Origin: Candidatus Bathyarchaeota archaeon
Lineage (GTDB): Archaea > Thermoproteota > Bathyarchaeia > Bathyarchaeales > Bathycorpusculaceae
Assembly: GCA_963768425.1 (NCBI GenBank)
Contig: CAVYHV010000017.1
Coordinates: 128,001-192,000 of the forward strand
Length of the DNA stretch: 64,000 bases
Direction: 5' to 3'
The notes under the pieces are model-generated. The model saw nothing but the letters and a program-made list of their open reading frames with translations, searched no databases and was not told the DNA's origin. The position numbers and the translations under genes are program-made. Positions 20,923-31,179 of this stretch are shown in pieces. Each line of letters starts with the position of its first letter. The stretch's first letter is position 1.

Positions 20923-21998
20923 ATTTCCCTCAACTTCTCATCCAAACAAACTTTCCCAACAACAATTCTTGAAGGCTTGGTTGAAACAGCCGTTTGCACC
21001 TTTAGGGCTCTTCGCAACTGGTTAATTTCTCTCAAGACGCCGATTCCTAAAAATTTACTACCTGAACCGTAAAGCCCCACAAGCAATCCTTTGTCTGGCG
21101 TCAGATTTTTGGGAAGAGCACCTCGAGGTTCAATAGTCACTTGGGTTACGGGATAGTTTTGGAGTTTAGCATCTTTAAGGTACCTTGCGTAGGTCATTTC
21201 CCTTAGGCTTTTACGTTTCTCAGCGGTTCTTGGGCTAAGAGATGAAGAAAGTTCAACTGTAAGAACGGGTTGTCCTATGTTAGCGATCAGCGCTTTAAGT
21301 TCATCTGTGGCTTGAACTCCAACGATTACGTCGGGTGTTAGCTCTTTAATTAACGCCGTCTTGTACTGAATTGCGATGTCACCTTCGACCCAGCCGTCTG
21401 TGTTAACTACGACAAAGTCAACTGGTCGCTGCAGAATTTCAGCCTTCAAAACAGCGAAGCCTTCAATTGTTTTGACAATTGCCATTATCGGCGATGTTAC
21501 CCCGACAAAGTTGGCGTTTTCAAGTTTCAAATCGTAGAGTTCCGTGACGGGTTTGGAAGCCAGGGCGTAGCTAACGGTTCCTGAGGGTCCAATGTCTGAC
21601 TGACCTAAGTCTCCATCTAATACCGCAACCCTACATTTGCCATTTACGAGTTTGTTCACTAAGTAAGTGCAGTAGCTGCTTTTTCCTGAGTCAATTTTTC
21701 CTAAAACCAAAACGACGGGGGGTCTCTTCTGCACAGCCAAAATTGATTCAAGAGGGTTGCTCCATGAATCAGGGATTGTGCTGCCATCTGTCTCTTGCAT
21801 TGCCGCGTTTGGCCCTAGAGATATGTCAAAGACTGCTTTTTCAAAAGCAAGAAAAGGCAGTCTCTTTCCTTCCCGCACCACAACCTTTTGAGAAGGCTTA
21901 ACTTGACAGCCGAAGACCTCAGATCTTCCGGAAACAAGCTTCACGGATGCAGGACCATCAACTAGAATTGTCCTATTGGATTCGACTGTCTGTTGCAA
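20913..21998 (-). CDS. Clp1/Grc3(Nol9)-family polynucleotide 5'-OH kinase
   Basis: GKIDSGKSS, DGDLGQSDIGP, NTDGWV, RKSLRE. Confidence 0.88.
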   Translation of the reverse strand: MQQTVESNRTILVDGPASVKLVSGRSEVFGCQVKPSQKVVVREGKRLPFLAFEKAVFDISLGPNAAMQETDGSTIPDSWSNPLESILAVQKRPPVVLVLGKIDSGKSSYCTYLVNKLVNGKCRVAVLDGDLGQSDIGPSGTVSYALASKPVTELYDLKLENANFVGVTSPIMAIVKTIEGFAVLKAEILQRPVDFVVVNTDGWVEGDIAIQYKTALIKELTPDVIVGVQATDELKALIANIGQPVLTVELSSSLSPRTAEKRKSLREMTYARYLKDAKLQNYPVTQVTIEPRGALPKNLTPDKGLLVGLYGSGSKFLGIGVLREINQLRRALKVQTAVSTKPSRIVVGKVCLDEKLREIQD

Positions 21999-22629
21999 CC
22001 TTTTCTCCCCTTGGAACAATGTACCCTGTTCTCGCGGCTATTCGTTTGGCCGAAGAAATGTGCCTAATTTTTCGGCTTCGTCTATTCTCTTTAAGTGGCT
22101 GATTGGTCCCTTTTTCGTTTACAACTTCAAGCGCAACCTGCGGCGGCAACGCAGAATCCAAGTTCTCAACTATTTCCTTGTAAATGGGAACACCGTTACC
22201 GATTTTCACAGAAACATTTGTCAAAGAAAAATCAACGTCCTTAACCAGTTTTTGTAGGCTGAGCACTAACTCGTTTATACTGAAACAGTTGTTTTCCTCT
22301 ATCACTATGCCATCAGCGATAACTGCAAGCCCTATAGCCCCGCCGGGGTCAACGCCCACTATTATTTTTTCGTATTTTTCTTTACCTTGGAGAATCAGCT
22401 TTACCGCTTTAACTAAAGCATCGAGTTCACCCTCTTCGGGCAGGATCAGAATTTTTTCATGGGAAACCAGATGCCTTTCTTTTTCGGTTGTTATTACAAC
22501 CTCAACTTCGGATGAGACAGGTTCGCCCGGAACCAAATTAACAAAGGGGATGCCTTGCTCTTGCAGCTTGTTAACAATCAGGAAGTAAGCTTTTCCTTTT
22601 ACCGTTGCTACCGCAACTTTTTCTTTCAA
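21973..22629 (-). CDS. Hypothetical protein with RNase H-like (YqgF/DUF460-like) domain
   Basis: IIVGVDPGGAIGLAV, KIGNG, VNEKGT, HISSAKRIA. Confidence 0.6.
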   Translation of the reverse strand: MKEKVAVATVKGKAYFLIVNKLQEQGIPFVNLVPGEPVSSEVEVVITTEKERHLVSHEKILILPEEGELDALVKAVKLILQGKEKYEKIIVGVDPGGAIGLAVIADGIVIEENNCFSINELVLSLQKLVKDVDFSLTNVSVKIGNGVPIYKEIVENLDSALPPQVALEVVNEKGTNQPLKENRRSRKIRHISSAKRIAARTGYIVPRGEKVATDSRIQ

Positions 22630-22693
22630 TCAATCAACCTTGGAGCACACGTTTAAGTGCAAAAAACATTACTAGTTTCAAGTTTAATAAAAC

Positions 22694-23404
22694 TTGGGTA
22701 TGAAAATGGACACGATCATCACGGGCTGCAAATGCATCGACGACAACATCGGTGGAGGAATCTTGCCCCAAAACGTTGTTTTAATCTATGGTGAACCCGA
22801 AACTGGGAAATCTACACTTGCAATACAATGCGCCGTCAACTGTGCATTTCAAAACCTCAAAACCCTCTACGTTGACTGTGATAACACGTTCTCATCGAAA
22901 AGAATGGCGCAGATATCAAAAGGAAATTTTGAGCATATCGCTGACCAAGTCATTTTGATTAGACCCAAGAATTTCCGTGAGCAAACTGCAGTTATTGACC
23001 GTATCCAAGATTACACGGCGAAGAATTTTGGGTTAATAGTGATTGACACTTTAACTTCGCTTTACGGCGCAGAGGTTGCCCAACGTTCAGGCAAAGCCTT
23101 TAGCGTAAACCGCGAGTTAAACAGGCAACTGGCGATTTTAGCGCAGTCTACAAAAATCCGAAAAATCCCCGTAATCGTGATAAGCCAAGTTCGAAGCGTG
23201 CTTGACAATCCAAACGTCACAGTGGCACCCGTCGCTAACAGGGTTTTGAAGTTCTGGGGAGACACAATTATCGTTCTGAAACCAACCGAGTACCCGCAAA
23301 CCATCGAAGCCACCATTGAAAAATCCCCTGCAAACGTCAACGAAATCACCTGTTATGTACAAATACTTGAATCCGGAATACAAGATACTCAAATCCCGAA
23401 ATAA
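22694..23404 (+). CDS. radB: RadB recombination protein
   Basis: Short RecA fold, GEPETGKST, IVIDTL, SQVRS. Confidence 0.8.
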   Translation: MGMKMDTIITGCKCIDDNIGGGILPQNVVLIYGEPETGKSTLAIQCAVNCAFQNLKTLYVDCDNTFSSKRMAQISKGNFEHIADQVILIRPKNFREQTAVIDRIQDYTAKNFGLIVIDTLTSLYGAEVAQRSGKAFSVNRELNRQLAILAQSTKIRKIPVIVISQVRSVLDNPNVTVAPVANRVLKFWGDTIIVLKPTEYPQTIEATIEKSPANVNEITCYVQILESGIQDTQIPK

Positions 23405-23913
23405 TGACGGTTGACCATATGAGCATAGTCTTGCTAGTTGTTGATGCACTGAAATTTATTTTCCCAGCTTACTGTGCAAACGCAACGCCAGTACTTGCAG
23501 GCGGCGGAACAAAAATGGATTTCGGCAAAAACTTCTTTGACGACAAACGGGTTTTCGGCGACAACAAAACTTTCAGAGGCTTCTTCTTCGGTCTCGCCAT
23601 CGGCGCCCTGGTCGGTGCCATGGAGGTCGTTGCTTTTCACTTCCCGACGCTATTTGCCTTCCTAATCCCTTTAGGAGCGCTTCTCGGCGATTTAACAGGG
23701 GCGTTTTTGAAGAGAAGAGCAGGAATCGCGCCCGGGGGCTTGCTACCTATCGTTGACCAAATCGATTTTGTTGTGGGCGCTGTTGTGTTTGCGCTTCCTT
23801 TAGCAATCGTGAGCTGGCAACTCGCAGTTGCAGTTCTGCTGATCACCCCGCCAATCCATCTTTTCACAAACTACTTAGCCTTCAAATTGAAACTAAAAAA
23901 GAACCCATGGTAG
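23404..23913 (+). CDS. carS: CDP-archaeol synthase
   Basis: PAYCAN, KTFRG, GDLTGAFLKRR, DQIDF, KKNPW. Confidence 0.93.
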   Translation: MTVDHMSIVLLVVDALKFIFPAYCANATPVLAGGGTKMDFGKNFFDDKRVFGDNKTFRGFFFGLAIGALVGAMEVVAFHFPTLFAFLIPLGALLGDLTGAFLKRRAGIAPGGLLPIVDQIDFVVGAVVFALPLAIVSWQLAVAVLLITPPIHLFTNYLAFKLKLKKNPW

Positions 23914-24080
23914 AAAACCACTTACTTAGTAGGGATTTTGTTGCAAAAAACAGGTCTTAGCGGAGAAAAACGCCTGTGTTTTTGGTGCGATTTGATAACA
24001 ATGTTGAAAAAGTTCAGCCGTAAAACGGGTTAATTTCTATTTTAGAGATACCGAGCAAAAAAGAAAATGAAAAGGCTGAC

Positions 24081-24506
24081 TTAGCCGCCTTGAGTGGATT
24101 TGAATGATATTGCGCCTTCTAGGAATATGTATGATAGAAGCAGAAATGTCACGCCTATTATAAGCAACATGTAGGCTTGCCGCGGCTTGTAGGCGCTCTT
24201 TGTGCTTTGATAAATCGCAAATAGACCAAAGAAGCCGAAAGCATAGAGTATACATGCGATAATTGTGTCGGAGATGAATTGTCCGCTGACGCTTGGGTAA
24301 AGGAAGTAGATCACTGTGGTTCCCAGATAAGCTGGGGCAGGGTGAGTGATGAGAGTGTACAATCCGCCGCCGAAAAGGAAAATTGCATAACCGACTCCAA
24401 CGAATGTTAATATTAGCGCTGTGGGGGTTGTCGTTTGGATCCTTTGGAACCAGCGACTCAGCGAAAAGGATACATCTGAAGACCGCTTTTTCAGTTTATT
24501 TGACAT
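24081..24506 (-). CDS. Three-TM protein resembling the OSTC/DC2-Ost3/6 oligosaccharyltransferase accessory subunit
   Basis: FLFGGGLYTLITHP...FLYPSVSGQFISDTIIA...GFFGL pattern matches OSTC/DC2 as recalled (manual comparison). Confidence 0.6.
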   Translation of the reverse strand: MSNKLKKRSSDVSFSLSRWFQRIQTTTPTALILTFVGVGYAIFLFGGGLYTLITHPAPAYLGTTVIYFLYPSVSGQFISDTIIACILYAFGFFGLFAIYQSTKSAYKPRQAYMLLIIGVTFLLLSYIFLEGAISFKSTQGG

Positions 24507-24720
24507 GCCCGTTCTCATCCTTAATTAAGTGCTCTACCACCTCTTTAGCCCATCCTCCAGTTAATGAATTTTTCTGAATCGCAACCAGATATTCCATCCA
24601 AACGAGGTCTGACGCCCTTCGCCAAGCATCAAATTTCTCCAAAACGTTCCTGTAAGCCCTTAAATGAAGCGAGCAAAAGCCAGCCTCCTCTGCTTCCCTG
24701 ACGCAAACCTTACATTTCAC
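24496..24720 (-). CDS. Small hypothetical protein with CxxC...CxxH
   Basis: VKCKVC..GFCSLH; translationally coupled to topA and the next gene. Confidence 0.65.
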   Translation of the reverse strand: MKCKVCVREAEEAGFCSLHLRAYRNVLEKFDAWRRASDLVWMEYLVAIQKNSLTGGWAKEVVEHLIKDENGHVK

Positions 24721-26795
24721 TATTTTGCCTCCTTCTTGTCGGGGCAATCAGGGTTAAGGCATAGGATCCAAGAATGCCGGCTTCCAAACCAGACATTAAT
24801 CATCGGGCTACCGCAGCTTTTGCACGGACTATTCAACCTTTTTAAAGCTCCTTTTTGAGGCAACGGAAAAGTAGCGTGACATTTGTTTTCTTTGAAGAAG
24901 TTTGTGCAGCCCACAAAACGTTTACCAGTTTTTTGGGAACGCAAAATAATCAACTTTCCGTCATCGCATTTTGGGCAAGCCCCAACTGTCTTTTCATCAA
25001 AACGAACTTGTTGTAACGTTCCACTTAACCGTTGACCAATCTCGGATTCATTTGCCTTAAGTTTTGACATAACTGGTTTCAGAATGGAAACAGCGTTTTT
25101 CAACACTGATTCTTTTGTTACTTTGCCTTCTTGGATGTCAGCCATTTCTTTCTCGAGGTTTTTGGTCATTTCAGGCGAGACAATCGCAGGCGAATATTTC
25201 GTCAAGGCATCGACTACTTCAAAGCCAAGTTCAGATATAGAAAAATTGCCCGCGCCGCAGACATATTTGCGGTCCTGCAGCGTCTCTATGGTTGCTGCCC
25301 TAGTAGCCTTGGTTCCAATGTTTTCTTTCTCCATTTTCAAAAGCAAACTACGGGGATTATACCTTGGCGGGGGCTTGGTAAAATTGGTCTTTACAACTAC
25401 CCGTTTAACAGTCACTTTTTGCCCCACACTTAAAGATGGCAAAAGCACGTCTTTAATTTGATCAAAGGGCTCATAGAGTCGAATCCATCCTGCCTTAAGC
25501 GTTTTCACGCCGCCTAAGTGAAACTTGTTTCCATTGACGGCCACAGTTATCTTTGTGCTTTGGCGGATGGCGGGTTCACCGAACACAGCCATAAATCTGC
25601 GTATGATAAGGTCAAAAACATTTCTTTCAGCGTTCTCAAGGGGGTTCCCAAGTAAATCCCCCGTCGGATAAATTGCAGGATGTGCAGAATCAAACCTTGG
25701 TCCCTCATTCGGCTTTAAAGACGGCTTGGATAGCAACTCAGAAGCCTGTTTCTTGTAAATTTGGATTTTAGCCAGCTTTCCCAGTATAGCTTTGTAACCT
25801 ATTGTAGGCGGAAGCTTTTGACTGCTTGTCCTCGGATATGAGATTAATGCGTTCAGATACAGTTGCTGCGCTATGCTCGAAGTCCTCGCAGGCGTGTACT
25901 TGAAGAGTCTGTATGCTTCACTCTGCAGCGCACCTAAATCAAATGGAAAAGGCGGCTGCACATAGAACTCTTCCCCAACAACGGATTCCACTTCCCCTTT
26001 CCCTGTTTTGCATTCAACCATGACCCGCGCAGCGTCTTGCTTGCGATTCAAAATATTTTCGTATTCCGCGTCTAATGCAAAATCGTCGACAATTACTTTG
26101 GCAATCAGCATCCAGTATGGCGTTGGTACAAAGCATCCAATTGTTTTTTCTCGTTCTTCCAGAAACTTTAGAGTTGGCCCCTGAACTCGTCCAGTACTGA
26201 GCACTGCATATTGCCCGCTGTTTTTTTTGACGGCTGATGTTAATGCTCTTGAAAGGTTGATACCGTAAAGCCAGTCGACTTCATGCCTGGCCAATCCCGC
26301 TTGGATGAGGGCAAAATCCAGGGTCGGTAGTAGGTGATTATATGATTCCCGTAGCTCATCTCGCGTGAGAGTGGAGTACTTCATGCGTTTTGCATTTTGC
26401 TCTTTGCCCCCGCAAGCGTATTTGAGAATGCAGTAGCCGATGAGACTGCCTTCAATATCGTAGTCGCATGCGTCAACGAAGCAATCGGCATTCTCCGCTA
26501 GCTTAGCGATAACTTTGAGCCAAACGAGAATTCTCGACGCACCCTTCTCAGCCAAGTACCTTGGGACCCATTCGTAGTCGAAAATAGGAAAGCCGCCGTG
26601 AGGTTTTTTCTTGGCTGCCACAGTGTATAGATGTCCAAGTGCGGGAACTACAACCAAGTCCCCGTCACTATAAGCGTGATAGTAAGGGACACCGCGATCA
26701 ACGTTTCTTTTTCCGCGCCCTTCAATATCCAAAGCCGCAGCTATTCTGCTGGCGGCATCAGGCTTCTCGGTGATAATTAAAGTGTACTTTCCCAT
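24720..26795 (-). CDS. topA: Type IA DNA topoisomerase
   Basis: ITEKP, DYDIEG, GRVQ, ISYPRT, AHPAIYPT, GTKATR, C-terminal zinc ribbons. Confidence 0.95.
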   Translation of the reverse strand: MGKYTLIITEKPDAASRIAAALDIEGRGKRNVDRGVPYYHAYSDGDLVVVPALGHLYTVAAKKKPHGGFPIFDYEWVPRYLAEKGASRILVWLKVIAKLAENADCFVDACDYDIEGSLIGYCILKYACGGKEQNAKRMKYSTLTRDELRESYNHLLPTLDFALIQAGLARHEVDWLYGINLSRALTSAVKKNSGQYAVLSTGRVQGPTLKFLEEREKTIGCFVPTPYWMLIAKVIVDDFALDAEYENILNRKQDAARVMVECKTGKGEVESVVGEEFYVQPPFPFDLGALQSEAYRLFKYTPARTSSIAQQLYLNALISYPRTSSQKLPPTIGYKAILGKLAKIQIYKKQASELLSKPSLKPNEGPRFDSAHPAIYPTGDLLGNPLENAERNVFDLIIRRFMAVFGEPAIRQSTKITVAVNGNKFHLGGVKTLKAGWIRLYEPFDQIKDVLLPSLSVGQKVTVKRVVVKTNFTKPPPRYNPRSLLLKMEKENIGTKATRAATIETLQDRKYVCGAGNFSISELGFEVVDALTKYSPAIVSPEMTKNLEKEMADIQEGKVTKESVLKNAVSILKPVMSKLKANESEIGQRLSGTLQQVRFDEKTVGACPKCDDGKLIILRSQKTGKRFVGCTNFFKENKCHATFPLPQKGALKRLNSPCKSCGSPMINVWFGSRHSWILCLNPDCPDKKEAK

Positions 26796-26945
26796 GACAG
26801 TTTAACTCGCCGCATTAAGTCACAAAATACCCATTCTTGAAATAAAGGTTTGCAATACCGCAAACGTCAAAGCATTAACCAGCATGGTGATCATTTTTTA
26901 GCAACCAATAAATATTCCATGACCATGTATTAGCTGGGAAATTAG

Positions 26946-27116
26946 ATGCCGCAACGTGTTATTTGCCATGGGTGCAATCATGTTTTGTATGAAGGATCTG
27001 AGCTAAAGCCTCCGGACGAAATTATTTCTCAAAATGGAGGAAAATGTCCGAAATGCAATCGGAAACTTTCATTGTTGCCATTAGATGTGGAAGTTAAACC
27101 ACTAAGTAAGCGGTAA
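26946..27116 (+). CDS. Small zinc-ribbon protein, 56 aa; not in the ORF track
   Basis: MPQRVICHGCNHVLYEGSELKPPDEIISQNGGKCPKCNRKLSLLPLDVEVKPLSKR. Confidence 0.8.
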   Translation: MPQRVICHGCNHVLYEGSELKPPDEIISQNGGKCPKCNRKLSLLPLDVEVKPLSKR

Positions 27117-27269
27117 CAGCCAGGTTCATTTTCACAGTCAAAACCAACAAAAAGATAGGGCAGAAATTTTTCCTAGGAATAAGAGGCAAATGGGTGAGTG
27201 CGTAACTTGAAATCCGCACACAGCAGTTTATGTCGTGTTGTCCTATTTGTTTTTAAACGAGATAAATTG

Positions 27270-27428
27270 ATGAGTCAAATGACTAAGCGCAAAATCACTT
27301 CTAAAACAAAAGCTGGGCAGTACATGTGCCCTGAATGCGGCAAAATCTTTGAGGACAAAAAATCCGTTGACACTCACATTTATGGCAAGCATGAACCCAA
27401 CTTGAAGAGCGCATGGAAACTCGCGTAG
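27270..27428 (+). CDS. Small C2H2 zinc-finger protein, 52 aa
   Basis: YMCPECGKIFEDKKSVDTHIYGKH. Confidence 0.7.
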   Translation: MSQMTKRKITSKTKAGQYMCPECGKIFEDKKSVDTHIYGKHEPNLKSAWKLA

Positions 27429-27512
27429 AAATAAGCGTTTTTCATGCATTTTTCCTCCCCAACTCAAAAGGGCAAAACTTTGTTTTGTAGTCACTAAAGA
27501 TTTTAGTCTCAT

Positions 27513-30281
27513 ATGCGCATAGACATGTTAAGGTCAAATGGGATGGCGCGAACACTCTTAGACTATTGCATTAGTGAACCAGCTAAGCTCCTGCCAAAAC
27601 AAGAGGCTAACGCGCAAGTCACGCCCTCACCTGAAGTTTTCAATGCTTTGAAATTCAAAGAGAAAAAGAAGAAGCCTCGCAGTTTTCCGCCTGTTGCGCC
27701 CCAGAATCTTCCCGCATCTTATTTTGTCTCCGCGTCTTACGATGGGCGCCTAAAAAAGGCAGTCATCAAACTTTACGAGCCCGAGTCAGGGCAGATTTAC
27801 TTTTGGTACGACAACACGGGACACAAACCCTACTGCCTAACCAACTTGTCTAAGGCTGATTTGGAAAAGATCGAGCGGGTGGTTAAACATGAAGGCTTTG
27901 ACCACATTGAAACATGCAAAAAACTGGATCCTTTTCAAGATCAAGAAATTGAGGTATCAAAAATCGTTACAGACGATCCATTAGCCATAGGAGGCAAACC
28001 ATACGGCACTATAAGAGATATTATTCCTGCAGATTTTCCGAAAGTTTCTGATTTGCCAGTTGCCAGGGAAGATATCAAGGTATGGGAATCGAGCATAAAA
28101 TATTATCAATCATACATTTATGACCGCCAATTTTTGCCCGGCATGATTTACGAAGTCAAAGATGGCTCCCTTGTTGAAAAAGTGGTTGAAGAAGCAAAAA
28201 ATAGCCTAAACATGATACGTGCACTTTTCAAAGACTGTTCTGAAGAAGAACGTGGCTATGCTGAAATGTGGGCAAAACTGTTAGAGTATCCGGCGCCGAA
28301 GTTCCGCAGGGCAGCTATAGACATCGAAGTTCTGTCACCAATAGCAACGAGAGTTCCTGACCCCGAGAAAGCGGAAGGTCAAGTAATTGCCGTATCGGTG
28401 TACAGTTCAGACGGCGAAAAAAGAGTTCTCGTTCTGAAGCGGGATGGAATGAGAGAAGGCATTCAGCACCTCACGGAAGACATTGAGGTGGAGTATTGCG
28501 AGACAGAGGAGGAACTTCTCAAAAAAACGTTCGAGGTTCTTTGGGATTACCCGTTCATTTTGACTTTTAACGGTGATGACTTCGATTTACGCTACCTTAG
28601 TAACAGAGCGTTAAGAAAGGGATTAAAGCCAAGTGAAATCCCGATTGTTGTTGGAGACAGGGTTTGCTTACTTAAATATGGTGTCCATATTGACCTCTAC
28701 AAGTTTTTCTTTAATCGTTCCGTGCAAATTTATGCTTATGGCAACCGCTATAAAGACGTAAGTCTTGACGACGTAGGAAACGCTCTCTTAGGCGAGCAAA
28801 AAATTCATTTAGAAAAAGCATTCGGAGACTTGAACTACTCTGAGCTAGCCGCCTACTGCCTCAGAGACTCAGAAATCACCTACAAACTAACAAGTTTCGA
28901 CAACGATTCAGCGATGAAACTGATCCTTGTTCTGGCACGTATTGCGAGCATGCCGATGGAAGATGTCAGCCGCCAAGGAGTAAGCCGATGGATCCGCAAC
29001 TTTATGCACAGAGAACATCGCAAACGCAACATTTTGATTCCAAACGCAGAAGACATCCTAACTAAGAAAGGCAAGACCTCAACAACAGCCGTTATAAAGG
29101 GCAAAAAATACAAGGGCGCGATTGTCGTTGAGCCAACTCCGGGTATTCACTTTAATGTTGCAGTTATGGACTTTCCCAGCCTGTACCCTTCAATCATCAA
29201 AGTCTGGAATTTGGGCTACCAATCTATCCGCTGCAATCATCCTGGATGCAAAGGACACAGCATTCCTGGCACTCAGCATTGGGTCTGCACAGAAAAACGG
29301 GCTCTCGAAAGCTTGCTTATAGGCTCACTAAGAGATCTGCGTGTAAAATGGTACAAAAGCCGAGCCAAAGACAAAACCTTGCCTCCTGAACTCAGAAGTT
29401 GGTATGGTATCACTCAGGGAGCGCTCAAAGTCATTTTAAATGCAAGTTACGGAGTGTTCGGCGCCGACAGCTTCGACCTTTACTGCCCACCCGTAGCTGA
29501 AGCAACTGCAGCCATCGGCCGATATTCTATCACCCAAATACTTAACCATGCTGAGTCAGTAGGCATAAAGGTTCTCTATGGAGACACAGACAGCCTTTTC
29601 CTCAAAAACCCCACAAAAGAACAGATTGAAGATGTCGTCAACTTTACAGAACATGAATTGCACATGGGCATAGATGTTGACAAAGTCTACCGCTATGCAG
29701 TTTTCAGTTCACGCAAGAAAAACTACCTTGGTGTTTTGGAAGACGGAACCGTTGACGTTAAAGGCTTAACGGGGAAAAAGAAGCATATCCCACTTTTCAT
29801 TAAACAAGCCTTCAACAATATGAAGGATACGCTTGCAAGAGTTAAAACCCCAGCCGATTTCGAAAAAGCCCGAAAAGAGATTGCCGAAATTATCCGTGAA
29901 CGGTACTCGCGGCTGAAACGTCGGGATTGGGCTGACATAAACGAGCTTGCTTTCCACGTAGTATTAGGCGATGAACTTGCAAGCTACACTAAAACTACAC
30001 CTCAGCATGTCAAGGCTGCTCGGATTCTTCAGAAAAGCGGCAAAGAGTTGAGGGCGGGTGATTTGATCAGTTTTGTTAAAGTCATAAAGTCCTCGTCTCG
30101 CGGTTCATTGGATGATTCCAATTGGGGGGTTAAGCCCGTTGAGTTAACGTCAAGGAACGAGGTTGACGTTGACAAATATATTGCTTATTTGCAGTCTACA
30201 TTTGACCAAGTCCTTGATGCGTTGGGCTTGAGTTTTGAAGAAATCATCGGGTTAACGAAGCTTGAAAGCTTTCTTGCTTAA
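27513..30281 (+). CDS. polB: Family B DNA polymerase (PolB1-like); start may be 27543
   Basis: DIEV, FNGDDFD, DFPSLYPS, KVILNASYG, YGDTDS, KKNY; YDNTGHKPY N-terminal motif. Confidence 0.96.
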   Translation: MRIDMLRSNGMARTLLDYCISEPAKLLPKQEANAQVTPSPEVFNALKFKEKKKKPRSFPPVAPQNLPASYFVSASYDGRLKKAVIKLYEPESGQIYFWYDNTGHKPYCLTNLSKADLEKIERVVKHEGFDHIETCKKLDPFQDQEIEVSKIVTDDPLAIGGKPYGTIRDIIPADFPKVSDLPVAREDIKVWESSIKYYQSYIYDRQFLPGMIYEVKDGSLVEKVVEEAKNSLNMIRALFKDCSEEERGYAEMWAKLLEYPAPKFRRAAIDIEVLSPIATRVPDPEKAEGQVIAVSVYSSDGEKRVLVLKRDGMREGIQHLTEDIEVEYCETEEELLKKTFEVLWDYPFILTFNGDDFDLRYLSNRALRKGLKPSEIPIVVGDRVCLLKYGVHIDLYKFFFNRSVQIYAYGNRYKDVSLDDVGNALLGEQKIHLEKAFGDLNYSELAAYCLRDSEITYKLTSFDNDSAMKLILVLARIASMPMEDVSRQGVSRWIRNFMHREHRKRNILIPNAEDILTKKGKTSTTAVIKGKKYKGAIVVEPTPGIHFNVAVMDFPSLYPSIIKVWNLGYQSIRCNHPGCKGHSIPGTQHWVCTEKRALESLLIGSLRDLRVKWYKSRAKDKTLPPELRSWYGITQGALKVILNASYGVFGADSFDLYCPPVAEATAAIGRYSITQILNHAESVGIKVLYGDTDSLFLKNPTKEQIEDVVNFTEHELHMGIDVDKVYRYAVFSSRKKNYLGVLEDGTVDVKGLTGKKKHIPLFIKQAFNNMKDTLARVKTPADFEKARKEIAEIIRERYSRLKRRDWADINELAFHVVLGDELASYTKTTPQHVKAARILQKSGKELRAGDLISFVKVIKSSSRGSLDDSNWGVKPVELTSRNEVDVDKYIAYLQSTFDQVLDALGLSFEEIIGLTKLESFLA

Positions 30282-31154
30282 TTAATAAAGTTGGCTGGCG
30301 ACCGCGAGCACAGCGAAAACTGCAACGATCAAAGCTATTATTCTTACAGTTTGTTTTTCACTTAGTGGACGATGATAAGTTACTAGTGTAATAAGGCTTC
30401 TTCTGTGCTCAGAGCAGAGTTTGTTTCCGTCAAAGATAACTTTAGCCTTTTGTCTGGAGAAGAAAATCGAGAGGAGAATCAAGGAAGAATTGAAGATGTA
30501 GGGCAGCATAGCTATGATTAAACTCAGTTTTAGATCCGAAATTACTGCGAAAGATGCTATAGTAATGCCTATGGCAAATGAGCCGGAGTTTCCCACGAAG
30601 ATTTTTCCTTGAAAATTAAAGTAGGCGAGCACCAACCAGAACAGCAGAGGCCCAACCATCAGCAAATAGGATGACGAAATAGCCATCAACCCAATTATCA
30701 CAATTGCGGGGCATATTGTTTCTAAACCGTTTAACCCGCCGAGCATGTTCACTGCGTTGGTGACTATCATTACGATTACGGGAATTATGATGTAAAAGTA
30801 AATTGCACCCAGGTGAAATGACGCGATGTAGGGTAGCAACAAGGTTGTTCTTGCTCCTATCGCTTGGGCGTAGTATATGAGAGGGAGCGCGGCGATTAGA
30901 GGCATAAATGCTTTGTAACGCCATTTAAGGTCGATCCAATCGTCAAGCAACCCCATGAAGCCGCCGAAAAGGATGCATGAAGCCAAAATCAATGGTGCTG
31001 AAATAGGTGCGGAAACGCCTGCCGGGTTCTTAATTGCCCCTGCGAAGTAAAGAAGAAAGAGGTAGATGGTGGTGAACAGGACGTAAAATACGCCGAAGCC
31101 GTTTGGAATAAGGGGATGTCCCGGTTTGTGTTGATCTGGAACCTTTGGGAACAC
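30282..31154 (-). CDS. Family 4 (MraY/GPT/AglH-like) polyprenyl-phosphate HexNAc-1-phosphate transferase
   Basis: GLLDD, NAVNMLGGLNGLE, KIFVGNSG; coupled downstream of aglB. Confidence 0.88.
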   Translation of the reverse strand: MFPKVPDQHKPGHPLIPNGFGVFYVLFTTIYLFLLYFAGAIKNPAGVSAPISAPLILASCILFGGFMGLLDDWIDLKWRYKAFMPLIAALPLIYYAQAIGARTTLLLPYIASFHLGAIYFYIIIPVIVMIVTNAVNMLGGLNGLETICPAIVIIGLMAISSSYLLMVGPLLFWLVLAYFNFQGKIFVGNSGSFAIGITIASFAVISDLKLSLIIAMLPYIFNSSLILLSIFFSRQKAKVIFDGNKLCSEHRRSLITLVTYHRPLSEKQTVRIIALIVAVFAVLAVASQLY

Positions 31155-31179
31155 AGAGCCGCTTCCTTGTTGCCATCGT

